DNA from: an uncultured virus (IMG/VR IMGVR_UViG_3300046468_001198)
Taxonomy: Duplodnaviria; Heunggongvirae; Uroviricota; Caudoviricetes
Virus record (IMG/VR): IMGVR_UViG_3300046468_001198
DNA: 64,000 nt
Reading direction: 5' to 3' (one strand)
A model generated the notes under the pieces. That model worked only from the letters and a program-made list of their open reading frames with translations, was not told the DNA's origin and searched no databases. Both the position numbers and the translations under genes were made by a program. This document shows, piece by piece, positions 37,507-46,135 of this stretch; position 1 is the first letter of the stretch; the number at the start of each line of letters is the position of its first letter.

Positions 37507-37752
37507 TTATGCAAACATTTTTGCTCTTGAACCAGTAACGTCACGTGATGTAATTGAATAACGTGTTTTACCAGTAGTTGCAACTGATGTTTTTACATTC
37601 AAGCCAGCCGCTTTGAGTTCACTCATTCTTGCTGGTAGTTGCTGAATGCCAAATCTTGCTTTAGCGTCTGCCGAAGTCAATGATTTGCCGGTGCCTCTAA
37701 GATATGATTCTAAAAAGGTCTTTTGGTTTGTTTTAATTTTAGTAAATGCCAT
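37507..37752 (-). CDS. winged-helix DNA-binding protein
   Basis: LTSADAKARFGIQQLPARMSELK..G. Confidence 0.75.
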   Translation of the reverse strand: MAFTKIKTNQKTFLESYLRGTGKSLTSADAKARFGIQQLPARMSELKAAGLNVKTSVATTGKTRYSITSRDVTGSRAKMFA

Positions 37753-37835
37753 AATGTTTATGCCTCCAAATATAGGTTTAAAAAAACATACTAATTCCTT
37801 AGTATTTGTATATTATAGCACCTTTTAAGATCTTG

Positions 37836-38327
37836 TCAACCTTTTTCTTCCATTAATTTAACAGCCGCATCGTAATCTTCTTGTTTGATCACGCCTTCAC
37901 GTAGCAATTTCTGCCTATTTGCTTCGTGTTTTAGCTGTATTTCTTCTTTGCTTCCACCAAAATATGCTACTGCATGTCCTTCTTCTATTAGAATATCTGT
38001 TACAAGTTCTGGCTCACCGTTTTCAAAACGTTCTACTTTGAAGTCTCCTAAGATACGTCCGAACTTGCCTTTCATATCTTCTCCTTTACGGTTTTCAGTA
38101 GTAATAAGTTTACCACCGTCTTCCATAAGTTCCTTCAATCGTGCTTTAGCCGCTTCACCAAACAAGTCTTCTACTTTGTCTCTCGTGCGTGACTCAGGTG
38201 TATCAATGCCCATAATTCTTACACGTTCGTCTGTTAGTGTTACTCCAAATCCTAGATCGATATCTACATCTACTGTATCACCGTCTACTACTTTTATAAC
38301 TTTTACATCATATTCATTTTGTTGCAT
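37836..38327 (-). CDS. thermonuclease (SNase) family protein
   Basis: KVVDGDTVD, RVRIMGIDTPE, GKFGRILG. Confidence 0.9.
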   Translation of the reverse strand: MQQNEYDVKVIKVVDGDTVDVDIDLGFGVTLTDERVRIMGIDTPESRTRDKVEDLFGEAAKARLKELMEDGGKLITTENRKGEDMKGKFGRILGDFKVERFENGEPELVTDILIEEGHAVAYFGGSKEEIQLKHEANRQKLLREGVIKQEDYDAAVKLMEEKG

Positions 38328-38339
38328 TTTATTTCCCTC

Positions 38340-38681
38340 TTATTCATCTAAGTTTAATGCTTGATCGCCCCATTCTTCCATTATGAACTCTCCAAACGCT
38401 GTTCCAAAGAGCCACATTAATGTAAGAATTACTACTCCTACGCATACTATAAGTGTCCATACCCAAATTTGTAGTAATGGATGCTTGCCTTCTGTCCAAT
38501 GTGCTACTCGCTTAATTTTGTTCTTTACGCCGCCCAGTAAATAGTTTCCTATTACAAAACGTGCCAACCTCATTACAATTAGGATAGGCGAACTAAGCAC
38601 ATCAAACAATATTAAAAACAGGTCAACACTTGCGTCGATAACATTATCGACGTTAAACCATTTGCGTAATTTTTCTCGCAT
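38340..38681 (-). CDS. membrane protein
   Basis: Hydrophobic segments. Confidence 0.7.
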   Translation of the reverse strand: MREKLRKWFNVDNVIDASVDLFLILFDVLSSPILIVMRLARFVIGNYLLGGVKNKIKRVAHWTEGKHPLLQIWVWTLIVCVGVVILTLMWLFGTAFGEFIMEEWGDQALNLDE

Positions 38682-38718
38682 TTGCCCTGCCCTTTATATG
38701 CTAACATTATTTAGTCAT

Positions 38719-38756
38719 AAAAAAAGGGTTGCAATTCAAGAAAGCAACCCTTTTTT
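38719..38756. terminator. intrinsic terminator (bidirectional form)
   Basis: A7-GGGTTGC...GCAACCC-T6. Confidence 0.8.
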
Positions 38757-38774
38757 GTTTGTTATGTTTTTAAC

Positions 38775-39575
38775 TTAGAAGTTAAAACTTACACCGGCTG
38801 TTGGTGCAAATTCTTCTGCATCAGTATCATAGTTGACGCCAGCTGTCCATGTAGCTTCGGCAAATGTTCTTTCAACTTCAGCACCTACATGCTGTAGTTT
38901 ATTTGCATCGTCACCGTTGACATACGCTGTAATACCGTTAACATTTGCATTACCTTCGTAGCCAATTGATTCTGCATCAGTGTCATATGTCATTACGCCA
39001 CCAAGTGCAACCATACCTAAATCTAAACCTTCAACTTCTGCACCTAGTACAGTATTTTCTGAATCTAAATTATAGTCTAGCATAGCAGTAACATCTATCA
39101 TATTCATATTAAAACTATATGCACCTTGTACGTTGCTTAGATCAGACACATCTGCGGTCCAATCAGTTAGTCCGATTGCAACTGTTGCATCGCCTATAGA
39201 TAGTGCTAATGATTCAGTCATTGCCGGTGTTGCTAGTGTGCTATATGCTGACTTTTCAGCTTCTGGCATAACGCCATTGTCATCACCAAATGCAAGACCT
39301 AAACCATTAACTTCTGTACCTACTGTCCATGTGTCTAATGTTAGAGCATTGCCGTCTGTTGCTTTAAAACCTAAATCAACAGTTGCAATTTCTCCTGCAT
39401 TGATATCTAGTTCGACACCCATTGTGCCGCCATAGTTTTCGTTTGCCTTTTCAGCGAAGTCTAAAGAAACTTCACCACTTAGGATTGGCGCAGGTGCTTC
39501 ACTAACTATTAGTGTATCAGCCATTGCTGTTGTTGCGGCCATTGCGGCCACAAATGCTGTCGCGAGAATACGCAT
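38775..39575 (-). CDS. outer-membrane porin-like beta-barrel protein
   Basis: Signal peptide, alternating beta-strand pattern, C-terminal AGVSFNF. Confidence 0.75.
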   Translation of the reverse strand: MRILATAFVAAMAATTAMADTLIVSEAPAPILSGEVSLDFAEKANENYGGTMGVELDINAGEIATVDLGFKATDGNALTLDTWTVGTEVNGLGLAFGDDNGVMPEAEKSAYSTLATPAMTESLALSIGDATVAIGLTDWTADVSDLSNVQGAYSFNMNMIDVTAMLDYNLDSENTVLGAEVEGLDLGMVALGGVMTYDTDAESIGYEGNANVNGITAYVNGDDANKLQHVGAEVERTFAEATWTAGVNYDTDAEEFAPTAGVSFNF

Positions 39576-39693
39576 TGTTATTTCCTTTTTTTATTATTAT
39601 TAAATTTTTAGTGTGAACTTTGGGGTGGGAATTTGTTGTTCACACTATTAGTTATCATTATCGCACTCTTTTAGTGCAAAAACGAGCAGGTAT

Positions 39694-39727
39694 AAAAAAA
39701 GAGTGTTGCTAAAAAACAACACTCTTT
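39694..39727 (-). terminator. intrinsic terminator after tmRNA
   Basis: GAGTGTTG...CAACACTC followed by T7 on the minus strand. Confidence 0.8.
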
Positions 39728-40013
39728 AATGCTATGTTTGGTAACAAGGCCTAACTACCTCGTAACAGCCTAAGCCGCTAATGAATAATTTGCGTTTGCA
39801 ATTATTAAGTTTGTTCGCGTTAACCGAGCTTACATCCGGGCAACTCCACTCTCCTATTAACTACCAGTCGATCCTATTTCGACCCCATCAAAAATACATT
39901 CCCAGTTTATCAGCCTGTTGCTTCTGCTATACAGTAAGCAGAATGTATTTTTGGTGGAGTCGCCGGGTACCGCCCCCGGGTCCTGTATAGCGTTTGAATT
40001 GCTTCAACGTTAC
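39728..40013 (-). ncRNA. ssrA: two-piece (circularly permuted) tmRNA, tag ANANYSLAA
   Basis: Acceptor piece ends GACTCCACCA (39952); 65-nt hairpin intervening sequence; coding piece starts GGGGTCGAAATAGGATCGAC (39886); tag frame 39799-39770. Outer ends approximate. Confidence 0.92.
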
Positions 40014-40032
40014 GAGTATATTTATAACACTC

Positions 40033-40332
40033 TTATGCTAGAATGTCAAGTTCTTTTTGTAGTTTTTTGCTCTTTTTAGTAGTTGGTATTTTTCGCAACC
40101 AACTGTCAGCAATATATGCTTTAGGACTTGGTCCAAGTTGTATATCAATGTCGTCACCTTCAATCCACCAGTAATGATCGTGAACAGCACAATGACACTT
40201 CATACCAAATGCTTCGAACTGTTCGTTTTGCTCAAACTTGCCAATGTATTCTGATACGTTAACAATGCGTCCTATATTACTAGGATTAATTGAAAAAACA
40301 ATTATTGCTTTATCGCCCTTGTTTACGTTCAT
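40033..40332 (-). CDS. hypothetical protein
   Basis: ORF chain. Confidence 0.7.
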   Translation of the reverse strand: MNVNKGDKAIIVFSINPSNIGRIVNVSEYIGKFEQNEQFEAFGMKCHCAVHDHYWWIEGDDIDIQLGPSPKAYIADSWLRKIPTTKKSKKLQKELDILA

Positions 40333-40555
40333 TTTTATTACTTTCGTGTTTTAGCATTAAAGCACTTACTTCGTCTGTTTTAACTAACCAACCGTGTTCG
40401 TTAACAACAAAAACATCGCCTGGTTTATACAACCAATGGTCTCTAGGTGTGCCATCTCTACAAACACCCATTACTTCTCCTTCATAGTCTCCTTTGACTT
40501 TGAAGTTTTCACCTATTTGGTCAATATTGTAGTCGACCCACATCATAACTAACAT
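40310..40555 (-). CDS. hypothetical protein
   Basis: AGGAG SD. Confidence 0.7.
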   Translation of the reverse strand: MLVMMWVDYNIDQIGENFKVKGDYEGEVMGVCRDGTPRDHWLYKPGDVFVVNEHGWLVKTDEVSALMLKHESNKNERKQGR

Positions 40556-40593
40556 CTCCTTGTCTGTTACAAGTATTTAGTTAAATGCGTAGT

Positions 40594-40803
40594 TTACCAC
40601 CAACCCAAAGTTCTGCCGTTTCCTGTGATGATCATAGCACATGTTACAATGTGTAACGCGATCCAAAAGGTGCGAAAAGCCAGTGCCCTTCTTACATCTT
40701 CTTGTGATATAGGAAGGAATTCTGGCTTATCGTCGTCTGTAATACCTATGGGCATTCCAACTGTCCTAGCCCATAATTTGAGCCAGCGTCTCTGCCCACT
40801 CAT
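40594..40803 (-). CDS. small membrane protein
   Basis: C-terminal TM, TAATG coupling. Confidence 0.7.
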   Translation of the reverse strand: MSGQRRWLKLWARTVGMPIGITDDDKPEFLPISQEDVRRALAFRTFWIALHIVTCAMIITGNGRTLGWW

Positions 40804-40979
40804 TACATTGCGTTCTTTTTGTCTTGGATTTCTTTACGGCGATCTTTTGTAAGTTTGCCTAGGTCACCCAATGCTTTACGAGCTCTTGCGGCCGCTGCCT
40901 TGACACTTTTGTCTTCAAATGTTTCAGACTCTGCCAAGTAATTATTAAATGCTTGTACGATTTCGTCATGTAATGTCAT
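40803..40979 (-). CDS. Hc1-like (histone H1-like) small basic protein
   Basis: Manual: MTLHDEIVQAFNNYLAESETFEDKSVKAAAARARKALGDLGKLTKDRRKEIQDKKNAM. Confidence 0.75.
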   Translation of the reverse strand: MTLHDEIVQAFNNYLAESETFEDKSVKAAAARARKALGDLGKLTKDRRKEIQDKKNAM

Positions 40980-41569
40980 GCGTTTTCTCCTGTAATGTTT
41001 TCGTATATTTCTTTCCAGTTAGTTACTTTAGTCATACCTTCTGGAATATCATCGTTCATATTAAATCCATGCTCGATGAGTATTGATTTTAAACCTAAGT
41101 CTAAACCAAGTTGTGCATTAGATAGTTTGTCTTCAATCCAATACAAACCTGAATCTCTATATTGTTCAAGAGCTTCATCTTTGTCTGCACCTGTATCTAA
41201 ACAAACTAATTCTTCAAAAGCTGTTTTTCCAAACAGTTTCTCCAAATTCATCTTACGAAGTTTGTATGCATTTTTGTCTAAACTTAGACTTGTAATGCAA
41301 CGGAAAACATATCCGTGTTCTTCGTGTAATCTTTTTACATAATACATTGCGTCACGTAGTGCTGGAAGGAAACCAATTGCGGCACTTTCGTTAAAAATCT
41401 TAACTAATTGTTTGCCTTGTTCTTTGGTTATTCCAAAACGTTCGCCAATGTCATAAATGAAATTTGCATTTTCTACTTTCGTATGTCCATGTTGTTCCAT
41501 CCAACATGTAAATGCATATTCCCAGTTCAATAGTACGCCATCAGCGTCTGTGAGTATTACTTTATACAA
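40976..41569 (-). CDS. HAD-superfamily hydrolase (5'-nucleotidase-like)
   Basis: ILTDADGVLL, ITS, WIEDK; probable TTG start. Confidence 0.85.
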   Translation of the reverse strand: MYKVILTDADGVLLNWEYAFTCWMEQHGHTKVENANFIYDIGERFGITKEQGKQLVKIFNESAAIGFLPALRDAMYYVKRLHEEHGYVFRCITSLSLDKNAYKLRKMNLEKLFGKTAFEELVCLDTGADKDEALEQYRDSGLYWIEDKLSNAQLGLDLGLKSILIEHGFNMNDDIPEGMTKVTNWKEIYENITGENA

Positions 41570-41649
41570 TTTATTGCCTTTTCTTTTTGCCTTATTCATA
41601 CTAGTATTATACAATACTCGTGCGGGCTTGTCAACCGATATTTACAAAT

Positions 41650-41937
41650 TTAAGTAACAATACCGGTAGTTTGTTGTGTATATTGCTTGGAAATTTCGTC
41701 TTGTGTGACTGCTAAACAACTTACTGCACTTGCTTTCATTACAAATTTTCCGTCCGGAGACACTGAAAACATGAAAGGAGCAAGTCCTAAGCCTTCTGAT
41801 TGTGCTATAAGCACCATAGGCTTTTTAAGTGTATAGGTGTTAGAATCTTCTGCATCTAAACGTGCAATGATTTCTTCGCCTGAAGTTAGTTTTAGAGATA
41901 CGGTATCTCCAATTTTATATGGTGCTTCGATTAACAT
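41650..41937 (-). CDS. Sm-like fold phage protein
   Basis: VSLKLTSGEEIIARL...LKKPM. Confidence 0.7.
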   Translation of the reverse strand: MLIEAPYKIGDTVSLKLTSGEEIIARLDAEDSNTYTLKKPMVLIAQSEGLGLAPFMFSVSPDGKFVMKASAVSCLAVTQDEISKQYTQQTTGIVT

Positions 41938-42191
41938 TATAATGTATGTCCTGTGCCGTTGTAACCTGTGTTATCAACATATTCTAATAAACTTTCATAC
42001 CCACCAACTTTATTACCACCAACGATAATTTGTGGGAATGTCCTTGCTGTAGGAAATACTTCAAACACTTCTTCTCTGTCAAAGTCTTTACCTAGTTCTT
42101 TGTACACATAAGGAAGCGATCTGCTTTCGCAAAACTGTTTTGCCTTTGTGCATGATGGACAAGCTGGCTTGCCCCAAATTTCAATTGTCAT
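41937..42191 (-). CDS. glutaredoxin
   Basis: CPSC, RTFPQI, VGGY. Confidence 0.93.
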   Translation of the reverse strand: MTIEIWGKPACPSCTKAKQFCESRSLPYVYKELGKDFDREEVFEVFPTARTFPQIIVGGNKVGGYESLLEYVDNTGYNGTGHTL

Positions 42192-43315
42192 AAACTAAAT
42201 CCTTTAAATGTGTCAGCTGACACATCTTGTTTAGTGCCGCCTTGAACATAACTAGTTATCTCAGTCTCTTGTGGTGCCACCTGAACTTCGGCTCCTGAGA
42301 TCCATTTCTGTGTCCACGGCAATGGGTTTTGTTTTTGGTTGTATGGACTTTTAAGACCTACGTTTGTCATTCTACGTGTACAAATAAATTCAATGTACTG
42401 GCTTAACAATTCTGTGTTTAGTCCAATCATTGATCCGTCTTTGAACAAATAGTTAGCCCATTCTTTTTCTTGATCAACTGCTTCTACAAACATCTGAATA
42501 CATTCAGCTTCTGTTTCTTTTGCAATTTTTGCAAAGTCTTTGTCGTCAGTTTTTAACACTTTCAATAGTGCTTGTGTTGATGCAAGATGCAAGTTTTCAT
42601 CTCTAGCAATAAGTTTAATAATCTTAGCATTGCCTTCCATCTTTTTAAGTTCTGCAAATGCCCAACTACATGCAAAAGACACATAGAAGCGAACACCTTC
42701 AAGAATGTTTACACTCATTAACGCAAGCCAAAGTTTTTTCTTTAGCTCGTACATATCTACTTCTACTTTATTGCCATTAACTGTGTGTGTTCCTGCACCT
42801 AACAGGTTGTAATACATACTAGTTTCAATAAGATCGTCATAGTGTTTAGATATACTATCTGCACAATCAACAATTTCACCTACATCCATAAGTTCATCAA
42901 ATACTTTACTTGGATTTGAATATACATTACGAATAATATGTGTGTAACTACGTGAATGGATAGTTTCACTAAAGGTCCAAGTAATGATCCAATTTTCAAG
43001 TTCTGGTAAAGAAACAATAGAACCAAAACTTTCTGCAGGTGCACGACCTTGAACACTATCTAATAGAATTTGTCTCTTCAAATTAGAAGTAAAGATATGC
43101 TGTTCGTGTTCAGTAAGTGACTTGAAGTCAGCCGAATCCTTATAGATATCAACTTCTTCAGGTCTCCAAAAGAATCCTAACTGTTTGTCAGTTAACCCGT
43201 CAAACTGTTTATACTTTAGATTATCATATCGTTGTATAGTAGGACCGCCTGATGGATCTAAAAATGCTTTTACTTTAGTATGATCGACTCTGTTATCTAC
43301 GTCAAATACGCCCAT
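42188..43315 (-). CDS. nrdB: ribonucleotide reductase class Ia beta subunit
   Basis: FFWRPEEVD, ETIHSRSYTHI, LEGVRFYVSFAC, RDENLH. Confidence 0.97.
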   Translation of the reverse strand: MGVFDVDNRVDHTKVKAFLDPSGGPTIQRYDNLKYKQFDGLTDKQLGFFWRPEEVDIYKDSADFKSLTEHEQHIFTSNLKRQILLDSVQGRAPAESFGSIVSLPELENWIITWTFSETIHSRSYTHIIRNVYSNPSKVFDELMDVGEIVDCADSISKHYDDLIETSMYYNLLGAGTHTVNGNKVEVDMYELKKKLWLALMSVNILEGVRFYVSFACSWAFAELKKMEGNAKIIKLIARDENLHLASTQALLKVLKTDDKDFAKIAKETEAECIQMFVEAVDQEKEWANYLFKDGSMIGLNTELLSQYIEFICTRRMTNVGLKSPYNQKQNPLPWTQKWISGAEVQVAPQETEITSYVQGGTKQDVSADTFKGFSL

Positions 43316-43381
43316 TATATTTTACTTCCTTTATGTCTCTGCGTGTCTATGTATATTAACACGTTATTGCTCTGTTGTCAA

Positions 43382-45682
43382 CTATATTGTGCATGATTCA
43401 CAATATTCGTCGTCTTCAATTTCAGTTGGTGCTAGTTCTGTTTCAAACATTTTGTTGACATCTAATTCGCCCTGGCCATCATATGTATTGAAATAGTATA
43501 ATTGTTTGCCGCCTAGTTTATAAAACAACAATAAATGTTGTAGCATTGTACTTAGCGGAATTTTTTCATCGTCAAAATATGTTGGGTTGTAGCTTGTGTT
43601 TACGCTTACACCTTGATCAATGTATTTCTGTAGTACAGACACAATTTTAATATACCCTTCAGGTGAGCGGTGCTCCCATAGTAAATCATATTTGTTTTTA
43701 AGCCTTTTATATTCAGGCACAACTTGTTTAAGTACACCGTGCTTGCTTTGTTTAATAGATATAAGCGAACGTGGCGGCTCAATTCCGTTAGTTGCATTTG
43801 CAATTTGCGCACTTGTTTCACTTGGCATAAGTGCCATTAGTGTTGAATTACGAATGCCTGTTTCTTTAAGTTGTTCACGTAATTTATCCCAAGGCATACG
43901 TTCTTTGTGAGGAACAATCTCGTCAAGGGCTTTTGAATATGTTTGATTAGGTGTAATACCATGTCCGTATTTTGTTTCCATGTTGCCACTTGGTGCTCCT
44001 TGCTCTGCGGCTAGGTCAGCACTCGCTTTAATTAGATAGTAACTCCATGCTTCGGCCCATTCGTCAATTAGTTCTAGTCCTTCTGCATCAATATTCTGAT
44101 AGTCGAGTCCGTTCTTTGCCATCCAATATGCAAAATTAATAATGCCAACGCCTAAAGGTCTACGCTTTTCTGTAGATAACTGTGCGGCTAGTATTGGATA
44201 GTCTTGATAACTTAATAGTGCATCAAGTCCACGAACTGCAAGTCGACATACTCTTTCAAAATCACTAACTGATTTAATGTTGCCCCAATTGATTGCGCTA
44301 AGTGTACATAGGGAAATCTCACCTTCAGGGTCATTAAGATCTTTTAGTGGCTTTGTTGGTAAGTCAATCTCTGCACATAGGTTTGATTGACGAATAGGTG
44401 CAACCTCAGGAAGGAATGACCCATGCTCATTAGCATTGTCTACGTTCTGTAGATAAATGCGTCCTGTATTCTTACGCTCTTCCATAAATGTACTAAACAA
44501 TTGAATAGCTGGAATAGTTTTCTTACGCAACTTTGTATTGCGTTCTGCTGTTTCATATAATTCTTTAAACTTGTCTTGGTCTGCATAAAATGCTTCATAC
44601 AGTCCTGGTACATCACTAGGCGAGAAAAGAGTTATATCGGCGCCCGCAATAAGTCTTTCATACATTAGTTTATTAAACTGCACACCGTAGTCCATATGGC
44701 GTACACGATTATCTTCTGTACCTTTGTTGTTCTTTAGCACTAACATTTCTTCAACTTCTAAATGCCAGGCTGGGTAATATACTGTAGCGGCTCCGCCTCT
44801 AACTCCGCCCTGCGAGCACGATTTTACTGCACTTTGAAATAGTTTATAAAACGGGATAATACCTGTGTGATAAGCATCACCTTTACGTACTGGCGAACCA
44901 ATAGCACGAATCTTGCCGCCGCCAATTCCAATGCCTGCTTTTTGACTTACGTACTTAACAATACTTGATGCAGTAGCATTAATACTATCAAGACTGTCGT
45001 CACTTTCAATAAGGACGCAACTACTGAATTGTCGCTGTGGAGTTCTAACACCAGCCATAACAGGAGTAGGCAAACTAATATCGTGTAAACTAATAGCATC
45101 ATAATATTCTTTAATCCAGTGTAGTCGAGTTTCTGTTGGATAACTTTGGAATAATGTTGCCGCAATTAGTACATAGCACATTTGAGGTGTTTCAAAGATC
45201 TCTCCGTTTACTCTGTTTTGACATAGGTACTTGCCACGTAGCTGTTCCATTGCTACATAGGTTAAGTTTTCGTCGCGTTCGTGTTTAACAAAACTATTGA
45301 TTCGTTGCCACTCTTCGTCGTTATAATATGAAATGAGGTCAGGATCATAAAAGCCTAAATCTATATTCCTTTCAACAAGTTCTTTCACTGTGCAAGGTGT
45401 ATAGTTACCGTATACTTCTTTGCGTAATGCATAATTAATTAGCCTACCACCAACGAACTGATAGTTTGGTGTTTCTTCACTGATAAGATCAGCGGCAGCC
45501 TTAATTAAAGTTTCTTGAATTTCTTTAGTAGTCATACCGTTTGCAAAACTAATTTGACTTTTTATCTCTACCTCGCTTGGGCTAACTCCTGTTATATTTT
45601 CACATGCATGAAAAACTACTTTGTGTAATTTTTCTATATCTAGTGGCTCTTTACGCCCGTCTCGCTTGGTAACTTGAATCAT
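43382..45682 (-). CDS. nrdA: ribonucleotide reductase class Ia alpha subunit
   Basis: ATP cone VTKRDG, QFSSCVL, SQGGVRGG, SNLCAEI, C-terminal CESCTI. Confidence 0.97.
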   Translation of the reverse strand: MIQVTKRDGRKEPLDIEKLHKVVFHACENITGVSPSEVEIKSQISFANGMTTKEIQETLIKAAADLISEETPNYQFVGGRLINYALRKEVYGNYTPCTVKELVERNIDLGFYDPDLISYYNDEEWQRINSFVKHERDENLTYVAMEQLRGKYLCQNRVNGEIFETPQMCYVLIAATLFQSYPTETRLHWIKEYYDAISLHDISLPTPVMAGVRTPQRQFSSCVLIESDDSLDSINATASSIVKYVSQKAGIGIGGGKIRAIGSPVRKGDAYHTGIIPFYKLFQSAVKSCSQGGVRGGAATVYYPAWHLEVEEMLVLKNNKGTEDNRVRHMDYGVQFNKLMYERLIAGADITLFSPSDVPGLYEAFYADQDKFKELYETAERNTKLRKKTIPAIQLFSTFMEERKNTGRIYLQNVDNANEHGSFLPEVAPIRQSNLCAEIDLPTKPLKDLNDPEGEISLCTLSAINWGNIKSVSDFERVCRLAVRGLDALLSYQDYPILAAQLSTEKRRPLGVGIINFAYWMAKNGLDYQNIDAEGLELIDEWAEAWSYYLIKASADLAAEQGAPSGNMETKYGHGITPNQTYSKALDEIVPHKERMPWDKLREQLKETGIRNSTLMALMPSETSAQIANATNGIEPPRSLISIKQSKHGVLKQVVPEYKRLKNKYDLLWEHRSPEGYIKIVSVLQKYIDQGVSVNTSYNPTYFDDEKIPLSTMLQHLLLFYKLGGKQLYYFNTYDGQGELDVNKMFETELAPTEIEDDEYCESCTI

Positions 45683-45715
45683 CTTTTTTCCTCTTTCATT
45701 AATGAAATATTTATT

Positions 45716-46135
45716 TTAATTTTCCATACTGTATATAACTTGCGATTGTAAATCTGACTGGATATCAAGATATGACACTGGTGAAGTTTCATCATATCCT
45801 AGCACAATTTTACTGTCGATTATTAAGAGATATAAGTACGATTTCTCTCTGCTTGTAACGATATGTATCTCAAAATTGGCCCCTGAAAAGCGTTCGGTTA
45901 ACTGTAAAGAAAAGCAGTATCCTAGTACACGAGCGAACTCACAATACTGGTTCTCTTGAATTAACTCCCAAGGCGTAGGCCATTGTGCTTGATCAAATGG
46001 GTCAGTGTGAATTGAAACTAGAGGTGCTTGTTGATAAAAGTCAATTACATCTTGATAAGGGTTGTCTGTTGTTTCAAGTGTGTTTCTAAAATCACTCCAG
46101 GCGGCCAGCCGATCTTCATATTTTTTATTGAACAT
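45716..46135 (-). CDS. hypothetical protein
   Basis: WPTPWELI..N.YC motif. Confidence 0.75.
   Translation of the reverse strand: MFNKKYEDRLAAWSDFRNTLETTDNPYQDVIDFYQQAPLVSIHTDPFDQAQWPTPWELIQENQYCEFARVLGYCFSLQLTERFSGANFEIHIVTSREKSYLYLLIIDSKIVLGYDETSPVSYLDIQSDLQSQVIYSMEN

Noticed and set aside
39781..39990. 69-aa ORF
   Set aside because: Antisense to the tmRNA
42188..45682. Introns or inteins in nrdA/nrdB
   Set aside because: Both ORFs are continuous and of normal length
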